Positions 38,479 to 47,307 of a DNA stretch of 64,000 bases are shown here, one piece after another; position 1 is the stretch's first letter; each line of letters begins with the position of its first letter. Source of the stretch: an uncultured Gammaproteobacteria bacterium (GTDB lineage Bacteria > Patescibacteriota > Microgenomatia > UBA12405 > JAHJSD01); the NCBI GenBank assembly GCA_964428655.1, contig CAYRYE010000001.1, positions 9,328 through 73,327 on the forward strand, in the 5' to 3' direction. The translations under genes and the position numbers were made by a program. The notes under the pieces were generated by a model. That model ran no database searches. It saw nothing but the letters and a program-made list of their open reading frames with translations, and was not told where the DNA came from.

Positions 38479-38826
38479 TCAATTTATTTTTTTCAATACC
38501 ACTCCCTTTGGTTTCATTTTAATAAGTCTCAGACACCATTCAGCCAACCAGCGAATCGCCTGATTGACTTTTTGATTAAGCCCTTGTACCAACTGCTGCC
38601 TGCTCAATGGCAAAACAATTTTTGGCTTTTTAGCTGAGGGAGCGGTGACTAGAACTTGGCCGGTTTGATCATCAGTAACTGGTTTTGCTAAGTAGATATC
38701 ACCTTTTTCTATTTTCTCCAACCAGCCAAGAATCTCTCTTGGAATTCTTGTTTCTGGTATTTTCTTAACAGGAATTTCCCCAGATTTTTCGGTTCTTATT
38801 TGTTCTTTTTCTACCCTTTCCACCAT
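38479..38826 (-). CDS. Hypothetical protein (115 aa), operonic with virD4
   Basis: No recognisable motifs. Confidence 0.35.
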   Translation of the reverse strand: MVERVEKEQIRTEKSGEIPVKKIPETRIPREILGWLEKIEKGDIYLAKPVTDDQTGQVLVTAPSAKKPKIVLPLSRQQLVQGLNQKVNQAIRWLAEWCLRLIKMKPKGVVLKKIN

Positions 38827-38868
38827 TTTTTTCAGTATAACACTGTTAGACTTTTCTTTCAGGAAGCA

Positions 38869-40554
38869 TCACTGTTGAATTTCTGCCTTTTTTTCTTTCA
38901 AGAACTGGCTGAAACTTTCTATAAATTCAACTAATGTGGAGAAAGGAACATCGACTAAAGCAGTAAAGAAAACACTAATAATGTTATATTCTTTCCATTT
39001 TTTAGACAACCATTGACCAAGCTTGGCTAGCGGGACAGAAAGCAAATCAAGAGAAAACTCCCAAAAGCTAGTTTTTTCTTCAATGGTCATTTCTTTGGCT
39101 CTTTGTCTAATTATTAAGCCGGCAAAAACGACCATGGCTACATTCATAGTATCTAGAATAAGAGAGGTGATGGGAATTCTGACAAGATAGAAAATCCAAA
39201 AAGTAATTCCCAGCGAGATCAAACTAATGGCGGTATAGAGAGAGCCAATAATAAGCTTGGCAATCAAGCCTCTTTTTCTTCGTGGTCTGAGTTCGTAAAC
39301 GTCGTCTTCTTCTCTTTGAGAAACGATTTTCGTAATCTCGCTAACCACCCTTTTGAAATTTCCTTCTTTAGGAAGCCTTATAATTGCTACCAGAAAAAAC
39401 ATTACCAAAGTGGGGATCAAAATATCTACAACAATAGCCAGAGGACTGAATTTTCCGTAAAAAAGTTTGGCCAAAGGTACTTCAACTATGAACAGAGATA
39501 GGCCGCCGGCGACAAAAATTGAGAGAGTTGAATAAATGGCGGCTCGGAAAAGACGTGACTTTAGGGTGGAAAGCCTTTGGTAATAAGTTTTCTCAATTAA
39601 ACTTTTTAGAATCTTTGAATCAGAGAATTTTTTACTCATTTCCAGGGGCTTTTTAGAGATCACCTCAAGGATATCACCGATAATCAGATAAACGGTATCG
39701 TATTTTTCGCAGATTTTGTGAAATTCGCCAGATAAAGGATGATTGAAGTCATTTTTAATACTATCCCTGATTGAGAGAATATTTTTGCTAATTGTTTCTA
39801 AAAAGAGTTTGTCAGGCTTTGTCCATTGAGGGTAGTGAAATTTTAAGAGACGATAACTGATGATTGGAGAGTCTAAATGAAAGAGGGCATGATGAACGGC
39901 AATAAAAATTTGGACTTTTTTTTCTTCCTCAGCAATTTCGACTCCTGGAGCAGACCTGATCCTTTCTTCCATTAAATTGGTCATAAAATTAATAAGAACA
40001 TTTTCTTTTAGGGGAGGATCCAAAATTTCTTCTATTTCACAGGCAGCAATCTCCAGAATCCAGTTATAGAAATTGACTTTTTTCTTAATTTTTATCTGCA
40101 CTGAGGAGTGACTATTTGATAAAGGATTATTTTCAAGGATATAAATATATTTTTCCAGAATTTGTTGGACTTTGCTTATTTTCTCTCTTGGGATTTTATC
40201 GTTAAGGAAATGGCAGCCGCGGATCAGTTCCAAAACTAATGGTTCCGCTATTTTTTCAGGTTTAAGATTGGAGATTAAGCTAAATCCAGAAAGTTCGGAA
40301 ATCAGCCTTCTTTTCAACATTCTTTCGATAGCTGCTCTTCTAATAAGGTGTTCTTCTTTCCAATCAATAATTTTTCTAATCTTCTCGTAGAAGAAGGCTA
40401 TTTTAGAAGCGATTTCATCGACATGAATAGTGGCCACTTCTCCTTTTGTTTCTAAGCTTAAGAGAATTTTTTGATATTCCTGGACTAGCTCTTGAATTGC
40501 CGATGATGATCCGGCGCTGGTATCGTGAGTGAAAATTACTTGATTGTTATTCAT
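38869..40554 (-). CDS. Hypothetical protein, large cytoplasmic N-domain + four C-terminal TM helices; first gene of the virD4 operon
   Basis: 561 aa; TM helices about 340-470; no family recognised. Confidence 0.4.
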   Translation of the reverse strand: MNNNQVIFTHDTSAGSSSAIQELVQEYQKILLSLETKGEVATIHVDEIASKIAFFYEKIRKIIDWKEEHLIRRAAIERMLKRRLISELSGFSLISNLKPEKIAEPLVLELIRGCHFLNDKIPREKISKVQQILEKYIYILENNPLSNSHSSVQIKIKKKVNFYNWILEIAACEIEEILDPPLKENVLINFMTNLMEERIRSAPGVEIAEEEKKVQIFIAVHHALFHLDSPIISYRLLKFHYPQWTKPDKLFLETISKNILSIRDSIKNDFNHPLSGEFHKICEKYDTVYLIIGDILEVISKKPLEMSKKFSDSKILKSLIEKTYYQRLSTLKSRLFRAAIYSTLSIFVAGGLSLFIVEVPLAKLFYGKFSPLAIVVDILIPTLVMFFLVAIIRLPKEGNFKRVVSEITKIVSQREEDDVYELRPRRKRGLIAKLIIGSLYTAISLISLGITFWIFYLVRIPITSLILDTMNVAMVVFAGLIIRQRAKEMTIEEKTSFWEFSLDLLSVPLAKLGQWLSKKWKEYNIISVFFTALVDVPFSTLVEFIESFSQFLKEKKAEIQQ

Positions 40555-40566
40555 AAGTCTTTGTAA

Positions 40567-41799
40567 TTATATAGTATATTGACTGATTGTTTTTTTCATG
40601 CGGCAAAGAGCTAGTGAAGAGAGTATGGCGACTAAGGCTTCCGTGGAAACAGTAACCCAAGCGGCGGCGACAATTCCCTGCCGGGGGATGAAAACTAGAT
40701 TGAAGACCAGATTCCAAACTAAGGCGGCAGCACCAATTTTCAGGGAAACAGCTTGGCGATTTAAAGCAACTAAAGAGAATCCTGTCAAGTGGTTTAGACA
40801 AGAGAAAATTAGAGCTATAACTAGGATTTTCAGAATTAGGGCGGATCGGGTAAAATTTTCACCAGCAATAAGCAAGATGATTGGTTTATTGAGGATAAAG
40901 ACTAATGGAATTAGGATCAGGAGTCCTAGTCCGGTTAAAACCAGGCCAATTTTCATTAATTTTGCAAATTCCTTTTGAGGATTTTTTGAAAGCATGGGGA
41001 AAATAGTATTGTTAAGAAAGTAAGCTGGCAAGGCGAGATTGGCATAAATCTTGTAAGCCAAGCCGTAGATGCCAACCTGGGTAGGTCCAAGAAAACTTTT
41101 TATGGTAAAAGAGTCAATTGCCCGATCATAAGCAGAAAATAGTACCAGAAGCGTTCCCATAGGAAGCGATTCTTTGATCAATTTTCTAATAATTGATCTC
41201 TTGGATTTGATTTCTCCCTTGATAAACTTTCCAACCAGGATACTGGAGAGCAAAACAATAATTGTCTTGGTGAAAAGCCAGCCAATGATTGGCGCTGACA
41301 GCCCAAGACGCAAGTTGAGTAAAAAGATTGTGGTGACTAGAAAAATTACAGAGCCAATAATATTAATTATGGCTTTAAGGTCCATTCTGACAAAAGTTTG
41401 GAAGACTATTTCCGAAGTTAATTCCGCAATTAATCCAAAAACTAAGGGCATTGAAAGCAAAGCTAATAGTTTGATGTCGGCAAAAACAGGGAATATAATA
41501 ACAATGGCCAAACCGAGACAAGCAGCCGTTATTCCTAAGAAGAGCCGAAGTTTAACCAAAGAACCAAAGACAATCTCCTTATTTTTAGCTCGGGATAATT
41601 CGCGAACACCGATAATCTGAGTTCCCCAATTGCCGATGGCTACTAACAAATCAACAAGAGAGATAATTAAAGCATATTGGCCATAACCGGATGTTCCTAG
41701 TTTGCGAGTCAGAATGGCAGTGGCCAATAATGAAATTGAAAGCCCAATTAATTTTCCCATTACTTGTGTTCCGGAGTTGTAGATTATTTTTTTAAGCAT
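40567..41799 (-). CDS. MOP-superfamily flippase (Wzx/MurJ-like polysaccharide or lipid-linked oligosaccharide transporter)
   Basis: 410 aa, about 12 TM helices, typical polysaccharide-biosynthesis flippase layout. Confidence 0.65.
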   Translation of the reverse strand: MLKKIIYNSGTQVMGKLIGLSISLLATAILTRKLGTSGYGQYALIISLVDLLVAIGNWGTQIIGVRELSRAKNKEIVFGSLVKLRLFLGITAACLGLAIVIIFPVFADIKLLALLSMPLVFGLIAELTSEIVFQTFVRMDLKAIINIIGSVIFLVTTIFLLNLRLGLSAPIIGWLFTKTIIVLLSSILVGKFIKGEIKSKRSIIRKLIKESLPMGTLLVLFSAYDRAIDSFTIKSFLGPTQVGIYGLAYKIYANLALPAYFLNNTIFPMLSKNPQKEFAKLMKIGLVLTGLGLLILIPLVFILNKPIILLIAGENFTRSALILKILVIALIFSCLNHLTGFSLVALNRQAVSLKIGAAALVWNLVFNLVFIPRQGIVAAAWVTVSTEALVAILSSLALCRMKKTISQYTI

Positions 41800-41827
41800 T
41801 GTTTATAATTCTACAGTAAAATTAGGA

Positions 41828-42484
41828 ATGATAAATAACAAGTCTCTTATTGATCTTTTGTTTCCCAAAAAATGTCTGGTTTGCCGAAAGGCAGGCAGTT
41901 ATCTTTGCCGCCAGTGTCGAGAAGAAACCGTCCTTTTAAAACTCCAAACACATCGGGCTTGTCGAAAAAAGTTTTTAGCTGATGGATTGGTCAGTCTCTA
42001 CCAGTACCGATTTCCCCTAAATAGATTGTTAAAAGATTTTAAGTATTACCAAGTTAGAGATTTGCGTATGCTGATGGTAGATTTAACAGTATCTGCCTTA
42101 ATAAAACAGAGAGTTTTGCCTTTTTGGAAGAAAAATAATTTTGTTTTTATCCCCATGCCTCTTTTTCCAGCTCGTTGTCTTTGGCGGGGCTTTAACCAAA
42201 GCGAAGTTATTTTGGAAACGGTTTGCCAACAACTTAATTTGAAATTTGACAATAGAATTTTGATCCGGAGCAAGTGGACCAAAGAACAAGCCAAGCTTAG
42301 TGGGGAAGAAAGGCGTAAAAACATTATCAATGCTTTCCAAGTTCTGGACGAGAAGAAAGTTATGGGCAATAATTTTGTTGTTTTTGATGATGTCTATACT
42401 AGCGGCTCTAGTTTAAAGGAGGCTATTAAAACTCTTAAATCTTCCGGGGCGATGAAAGTTTGGGGGTTAACCCTTTGCCGCTGA
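41828..42484 (+). CDS. comFC: ComF/ComFC-family phosphoribosyltransferase-domain protein (competence-associated)
   Basis: N-terminal 4-Cys zinc finger LFPKKCLVCRK...CRQC; C-terminal PRTase motif VVFDDVYTSGSSLKEA. Confidence 0.85.
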   Translation: MINNKSLIDLLFPKKCLVCRKAGSYLCRQCREETVLLKLQTHRACRKKFLADGLVSLYQYRFPLNRLLKDFKYYQVRDLRMLMVDLTVSALIKQRVLPFWKKNNFVFIPMPLFPARCLWRGFNQSEVILETVCQQLNLKFDNRILIRSKWTKEQAKLSGEERRKNIINAFQVLDEKKVMGNNFVVFDDVYTSGSSLKEAIKTLKSSGAMKVWGLTLCR

Positions 42485-42523
42485 TTAATTGATAATAATG
42501 GGGATTGAAGGTATAATTCGAGC

Positions 42524-43366
42524 ATGAAAAAAGCAAGTATTGTCTTACTGATTTTAATAACTTGTTTGTTGTTTTTTCAAAGACCGACTCTTGCTGCTGA
42601 CTTAAGTGAGGCAATAGAGTCAAGAGTGTTTTCTGAAACTGAGCCCTTAAGTAAACCAACCAAAGGCAGATTGGAGTTAGCTTTGGAGCGGCAAAATATT
42701 GGTCCGCTTTCACCGCTTAATTTTTTGAAACATGCGATTCGAACCGCGATTAAGCGAGGAGCGCCGACTAACACTATCATTTTAGTTCTTCTTTTGCCTT
42801 TGGTTGGAGTTATTGTTAGCGGGCTTTATTATCTTGTTGGCTTAACCGGTTTTGGTATTTTTATGCCGGCAATGATATCAGTTGCTTTTTTAGCTACTGG
42901 AATAGTTGGCGGTCTAATTCTTTTTGCTATGATTCTGGTTTTGACTTTGGCAACAAGAAGAATTCTTAGGAAAATTAAATTTCATCAGCGATCAAGACGA
43001 GCAATTACTCTTTGGGTGGTTTCTTTGGGCACATTCCTCCTTTTGTTTTTTGCCCCCGCTTTTCATTTGCTTGACTTAACTAGGATTTCCATTTTTCCGA
43101 TTTTATTTATAATTCTCCTTTCTGATGAATTTGTTAGGGTTCGAACCGGGATGAGTCCAAAAAAAGCAATTAATATGATTGGAGGAACACTAGTTATTTC
43201 TATTTTTGGAGCCTTGATAATGGGCTGGGAGTGGTTTCAAGAATTAATTTTACTGAACCCGGAGATTAGTTCTCTTTTAATTCTTCTTGTTAGTTTTTCG
43301 GTTGGCCGCTACACAGGCTTTCGTCTATTGGAATATCGCCGCTTCAAAAGTGTAGTTAGAAAATAA
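42524..43366 (+). CDS. Polytopic membrane protein with signal peptide (probable 7TM partner of the ATP-grasp/retropepsin peptide-modification module)
   Basis: Signal peptide plus about 6-7 TM helices; immediately upstream of, and co-oriented with, the ATP-grasp genes. Confidence 0.5.
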   Translation: MKKASIVLLILITCLLFFQRPTLAADLSEAIESRVFSETEPLSKPTKGRLELALERQNIGPLSPLNFLKHAIRTAIKRGAPTNTIILVLLLPLVGVIVSGLYYLVGLTGFGIFMPAMISVAFLATGIVGGLILFAMILVLTLATRRILRKIKFHQRSRRAITLWVVSLGTFLLLFFAPAFHLLDLTRISIFPILFIILLSDEFVRVRTGMSPKKAINMIGGTLVISIFGALIMGWEWFQELILLNPEISSLLILLVSFSVGRYTGFRLLEYRRFKSVVRK

Positions 43367-43370
43367 TACA

Positions 43371-44681
43371 ATGAAGAATTTTTCATCTGTTTTAAGCAGG
43401 AATTACAGGAATCGGTTTTATTTGACGTATAACCATCCCCGAGGGAAAAAAATAGCCAATTCCAAATTGAGAACCAAAAAGATTTTGAGTAAAAATGAAG
43501 TTGCTATTCCTAAGCTTTTGGCGATTTTGAAAACACAAGCTGATGTGGCTAATTTTCGTTGGGAAGAGCTAGAGGAAAATTTTGCGGTTAAACCAGTTTC
43601 TAGTTCCGGAGGTGAGGGGATTCTTGTAATTCGAAAAAAGGCTAAATGGGCGGGCGAGTGGTTTTTAATGGATGGCAGGAAAATTAACATTTCTGATTTA
43701 AGATTTCATTGTTTTGATATTCTTCAAGGCCATTTTAATATTAGGAGAACACCAGACAAGATTTTTATTGAGGAGCGAGTTAAAATCCATCCTAAATTTT
43801 TGCGCTTTACCAAATTGGGAACTCCGGATATCCGTGTAATTGTTTTTAATCGAGTGCCAATAATGGCAATGTTGAGAATTCCTACTGAGGAGTCCGGAGG
43901 CAAAGCTAATATTACCCATGGAGCTATTGGCCTAGGAGTGGATTTAGCTACAGGAATTACCATTTTTGGAGTTCAAAATGACCATTTAATTACGAAGATT
44001 TATGATAGGCGCCGCAAGAAAAAAATTAAGGTTAATGGAATTAAAGTACCTTTTTGGAACAAAATTCTGAAAACTGCAGTTTTTTGTCAAGAAGTGGTTC
44101 CTGGATTAGGCTATATGGGGGTGGATATTTTTTTAGATAAAGAAAAAGGACCGGTGGTGGTTGAATTGAATGCTCGTCCCGGTCTTGCAATTCAAATTTG
44201 CAATCGGGCCGGTTTAAGACGCCGATTGGAGCGAATAGCAGGTTTAAAAGTGAGAAGCGCGGCTCATGGAATCAGAATCGCTCAATCTCTTTTTGGAGAA
44301 AGTTTTGTTGATCGAGTCAGGTCAAATATTGAAATAGAAGTGCTTTCAATGTTGGAACCGATTAGATTGAAAACTTTTGTTAAAGGAGTTAAAAGGCTGG
44401 ATTTAACTGCTAAGATAGATACTGGGGCTTTTCGCAGTTCGGTAGATGAGGAATTAGCGAAAGAAATAGGTCTTTTGAAGAAAGATAATATTCTTTATTA
44501 TCGCCACTATCGTTCTGCTTTGGGTAGAAAACACCGTCGGCCAGTAGTTGGAGCCACTTTTTGGATTAAAGGCAGAAAAATTATTACTGCTGTTAATGTG
44601 ACTAATAGAGAGAAGTTGAGAACTAAATTTTTGGTTGGCAGAAAAGATTTAAGTGGTTTTATGGTTAAAGTTGGAGAATAA
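43371..44681 (+). CDS. ATP-grasp (alpha-L-glutamate-ligase-like) enzyme fused to a C-terminal retropepsin-like aspartic protease domain
   Basis: ATP-grasp motifs SSGGEGILVI and GYMGVDIFLDKEKGPVVVELNARPGL. C-terminal AKIDTGAFRS (D-T-G-A catalytic signature) as in RimK-associated 'ATP-dependent zinc protease'/retropepsin-like domains. Confidence 0.7.
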   Translation: MKNFSSVLSRNYRNRFYLTYNHPRGKKIANSKLRTKKILSKNEVAIPKLLAILKTQADVANFRWEELEENFAVKPVSSSGGEGILVIRKKAKWAGEWFLMDGRKINISDLRFHCFDILQGHFNIRRTPDKIFIEERVKIHPKFLRFTKLGTPDIRVIVFNRVPIMAMLRIPTEESGGKANITHGAIGLGVDLATGITIFGVQNDHLITKIYDRRRKKKIKVNGIKVPFWNKILKTAVFCQEVVPGLGYMGVDIFLDKEKGPVVVELNARPGLAIQICNRAGLRRRLERIAGLKVRSAAHGIRIAQSLFGESFVDRVRSNIEIEVLSMLEPIRLKTFVKGVKRLDLTAKIDTGAFRSSVDEELAKEIGLLKKDNILYYRHYRSALGRKHRRPVVGATFWIKGRKIITAVNVTNREKLRTKFLVGRKDLSGFMVKVGE

Positions 44682-44683
44682 AT

Positions 44684-45616
44684 ATGAAAAAACAAAAATC
44701 GGAAATTTTAGTTTTGTTCGGGAAAGGGGCCACTCCTCATATTCTTGCTGTTCAAAAAGAGTTAGAACTGCTTGGTGAGCCTGCGACTTTTTCTAATTAT
44801 AAAGATGTAAGATTTCAAGTGGGCGAAGGCGGCAGTGCCAAAATCCTTTTAGGTAAAACGAATTTATCTCAATTTAAGGTAATATTTTTTAGAACAACAG
44901 GTAAGAAATGGGAAGAGGTAAATTTAATACTTTCTTATCTTAAAGAAAGAGTTGAAAAAAAGTTGGTCAGGATTGTTGATCCTGTAATTTTGGGTGGACG
45001 ACCCTACCTTTCAATGAAGGCTCATCAAATGTTTGTTTTTCACCAAGCCGGTTTGCCAGTGCCGAGGACCATTTATGGCAGTTTGAAATTTATTAAAGAG
45101 GAAGTAGGTAGAGTAATTGGTTTTCCGGCAGTAGTAAAGCGAAGTGAAGGAGGTCGGGGCCAAAGAGTGTATTTAGCCAAAGATCAGCCGAGGCTAAATT
45201 ATTTAATCGAAGAACTTAAGTCTCAAGAGAAAGAAGAAGGAAAAAGATTTTTGGTCCAGGAATTTATTGCCAACAAAGGTGATTTGAGAATTTTAGTTTT
45301 GGGCAACCAAATATTGGGAGCAATAAAAAGAGTCAGAGCCAAAAAAGGCGAGTTCCGCAATAATGTTTCTCTGGGGGGCAAAGTCTATCCCTCTAAATTA
45401 GACAAAAAAATAAAACAGATAGCCTTGAGAGCGGCAAAAATTGCTCAACTTTCAGTGGCGGGAGTGGACATTGTTTTAAGGGATCCGGACCAAAAACCGT
45501 TTATTTTCGAGGTCAATCGTGCGCCTCAATTTAAAGGGTTTATGAGAGCCACTGGAATTAATGTGCCTTTAAAGCTGGCTGAGTATTTAATTTCATTAAA
45601 AGAACAAACAAGGTGA
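44684..45616 (+). CDS. rimK: RimK-family ATP-grasp ligase (paralog 1)
   Basis: VVKRSEGGRGQRVYLAKD, FLVQEFIANKGDLRILVLGNQILGAIKR, VAGVDIVL...FEVNRAPQFKGF match RimK-type alpha-L-glutamate ligase. Confidence 0.8.
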   Translation: MKKQKSEILVLFGKGATPHILAVQKELELLGEPATFSNYKDVRFQVGEGGSAKILLGKTNLSQFKVIFFRTTGKKWEEVNLILSYLKERVEKKLVRIVDPVILGGRPYLSMKAHQMFVFHQAGLPVPRTIYGSLKFIKEEVGRVIGFPAVVKRSEGGRGQRVYLAKDQPRLNYLIEELKSQEKEEGKRFLVQEFIANKGDLRILVLGNQILGAIKRVRAKKGEFRNNVSLGGKVYPSKLDKKIKQIALRAAKIAQLSVAGVDIVLRDPDQKPFIFEVNRAPQFKGFMRATGINVPLKLAEYLISLKEQTR

Positions 45617-46536
45617 AACTATTACTTTTAAGAATCAATAAAGAAAAATATGTACCGGAAAGAATTAAAGAAGAAGCGAAAAAATTAGGACATCAAGTGA
45701 ATGTTTGTCAATATCAAAATTTAGCTTTTAAATTCGACCCACTGTTTCAGGCAGGAATTTTAGATAAAAAAAACATTGCTGATTATGATGGACTTATTTT
45801 CCGAGTTGCCGGAACCACAAGTGGCAGTTATGTTGCCTTTCGGGATATTTTAATTGCTCAATTTTTAAAATCAGGAAAATTCTGTCTTAATGGCCGCAGT
45901 TATTTGAAATTTTCCCGTTTGGATAAGTTAATTCAACACTTTTATCTTTCCTGGGCTGGATTACCAGTGGTGAGAACTTTTTGTTTTGGCAAAGGTGCTT
46001 CCGTTGATTATGCTGAAGCTCAATTGGGAAAAAGACTTGGTTTTCCGATTATTGCCAAACCGCGCTTTGGTGCCCAGGGTAGAGAAATTTTCTTGTTGAA
46101 AAATGAAAGCGAAATTAAGAAGTTTTACCAAAAAACAAGAAAAAAAGAGGATATTAGTTTGTGGTTGTTCCAAGAGTTTTTATCCACAGGTTGTGATTAC
46201 AGAATTGTTGTTTTGGGTGGTAAAGTTTTGGGAGCAATGAAAAGAGTGGCAGTCAAAGGAATGATTGTGACTAATTTTTCTCAAGGTGGGTCTGTTTATT
46301 CTTTTGAACCAACAAAAAAGCAAATGCAATTGGCTCTAAAAGTAGCCAAACTATTTAATCTGGACTATGCTGGAGTCGATATTATGGAAGATAAGCAAGG
46401 TAATAGTTATGTTTTGGAAGTCAACCGCGCCTGCCAATTTAAAGGTTTTGAAAAAGCCACTGGCATTAACGTCGCCGCTAAAATTGTGGAATTACTTTTG
46501 ACACCTGGGGCAGAAAAAGGTGCCGCGGCCGCCTAA
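45613..46536 (+). CDS. rimK: RimK-family ATP-grasp ligase (paralog 2)
   Basis: IAKPRFGAQGREIFL, WLFQEFLSTGCDYRIVVLGGKVLGAMKR, YAGVDIMEDKQGNSYVLEVNRACQFKGF; 4-nt overlap with paralog 1. Confidence 0.8.
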   Translation: MKLLLLRINKEKYVPERIKEEAKKLGHQVNVCQYQNLAFKFDPLFQAGILDKKNIADYDGLIFRVAGTTSGSYVAFRDILIAQFLKSGKFCLNGRSYLKFSRLDKLIQHFYLSWAGLPVVRTFCFGKGASVDYAEAQLGKRLGFPIIAKPRFGAQGREIFLLKNESEIKKFYQKTRKKEDISLWLFQEFLSTGCDYRIVVLGGKVLGAMKRVAVKGMIVTNFSQGGSVYSFEPTKKQMQLALKVAKLFNLDYAGVDIMEDKQGNSYVLEVNRACQFKGFEKATGINVAAKIVELLLTPGAEKGAAAA

Positions 46537-47307
46537 TTTGATTTTTTCAATTTTCCCTTGACAATCAAAACAGTTTTTCCCTTCTCGGTTATAAACTAAA
46601 AAATAGTCTTGATATAAACCCTTGCGACCTAAAGCGTCCAGATAGTATTGGTTAGAAGCGCCGCGATATTTAATACCGGCTTGGAGAACTTTCTCAATCG
46701 CCCGGTAGAGTCTCCTAGCCTCTTTTTCATTAATTTTATTAGCGGCTTGGCAGGGATCAACTTTAGCTAAAAACAAAGCATCATTGGCGTAAATGTTGCC
46801 TATGCCACTGATTTTTTTCTGATCCATTAAAACGATTTTAACAGCCCGTTTAGTGGAAGTGAGAATTTTTTTGAATCGGTTAAAACTGAGATCACTTAAA
46901 GGTTCAGGTCCAAATTCACTGAAGATTTTTTCCAGCTCCTTTTTATCTTTTAGCAATCTGATCCAGCCAAATTTTCGCAGATCGGCAAAACGGAGTTCTT
47001 GATTGCCACTTAAATAGATAGTGATGTGCTGCCATTTATCTGGAGGTTCTTTTCCATTTCGAACTAAAAGCCGGCCTGTTAGTTTAAGATGAATATTTAA
47101 GATCTTATCGTTGTCAAGGAAAATTTGAATAATTTTGGCTCGCCGGCCTACCTTTTTGATTTTGGTACCAATAATAGCTTTCTTTACCTTTTTAAAAGAA
47201 GGCTGGATTTGTTTAGGCGAGTCAGTTTCAATACCTAAGATTTTTTTACCAACAATTAGTTTTGATAGGCCCCGTTTAATGGTTTCAACTTCAGGTAGTT
47301 CCGGCAC
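46492..47307 (-). CDS. mutM: Formamidopyrimidine-DNA glycosylase (Fpg/MutM)
   Basis: N-terminal MPELPEVE catalytic Pro2/Glu3, H2TH, and C-terminal CxxC...CxxC zinc finger. Confidence 0.9.
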   Translation of the reverse strand: MPELPEVETIKRGLSKLIVGKKILGIETDSPKQIQPSFKKVKKAIIGTKIKKVGRRAKIIQIFLDNDKILNIHLKLTGRLLVRNGKEPPDKWQHITIYLSGNQELRFADLRKFGWIRLLKDKKELEKIFSEFGPEPLSDLSFNRFKKILTSTKRAVKIVLMDQKKISGIGNIYANDALFLAKVDPCQAANKINEKEARRLYRAIEKVLQAGIKYRGASNQYYLDALGRKGLYQDYFLVYNREGKNCFDCQGKIEKIKLGGRGTFFCPRCQK

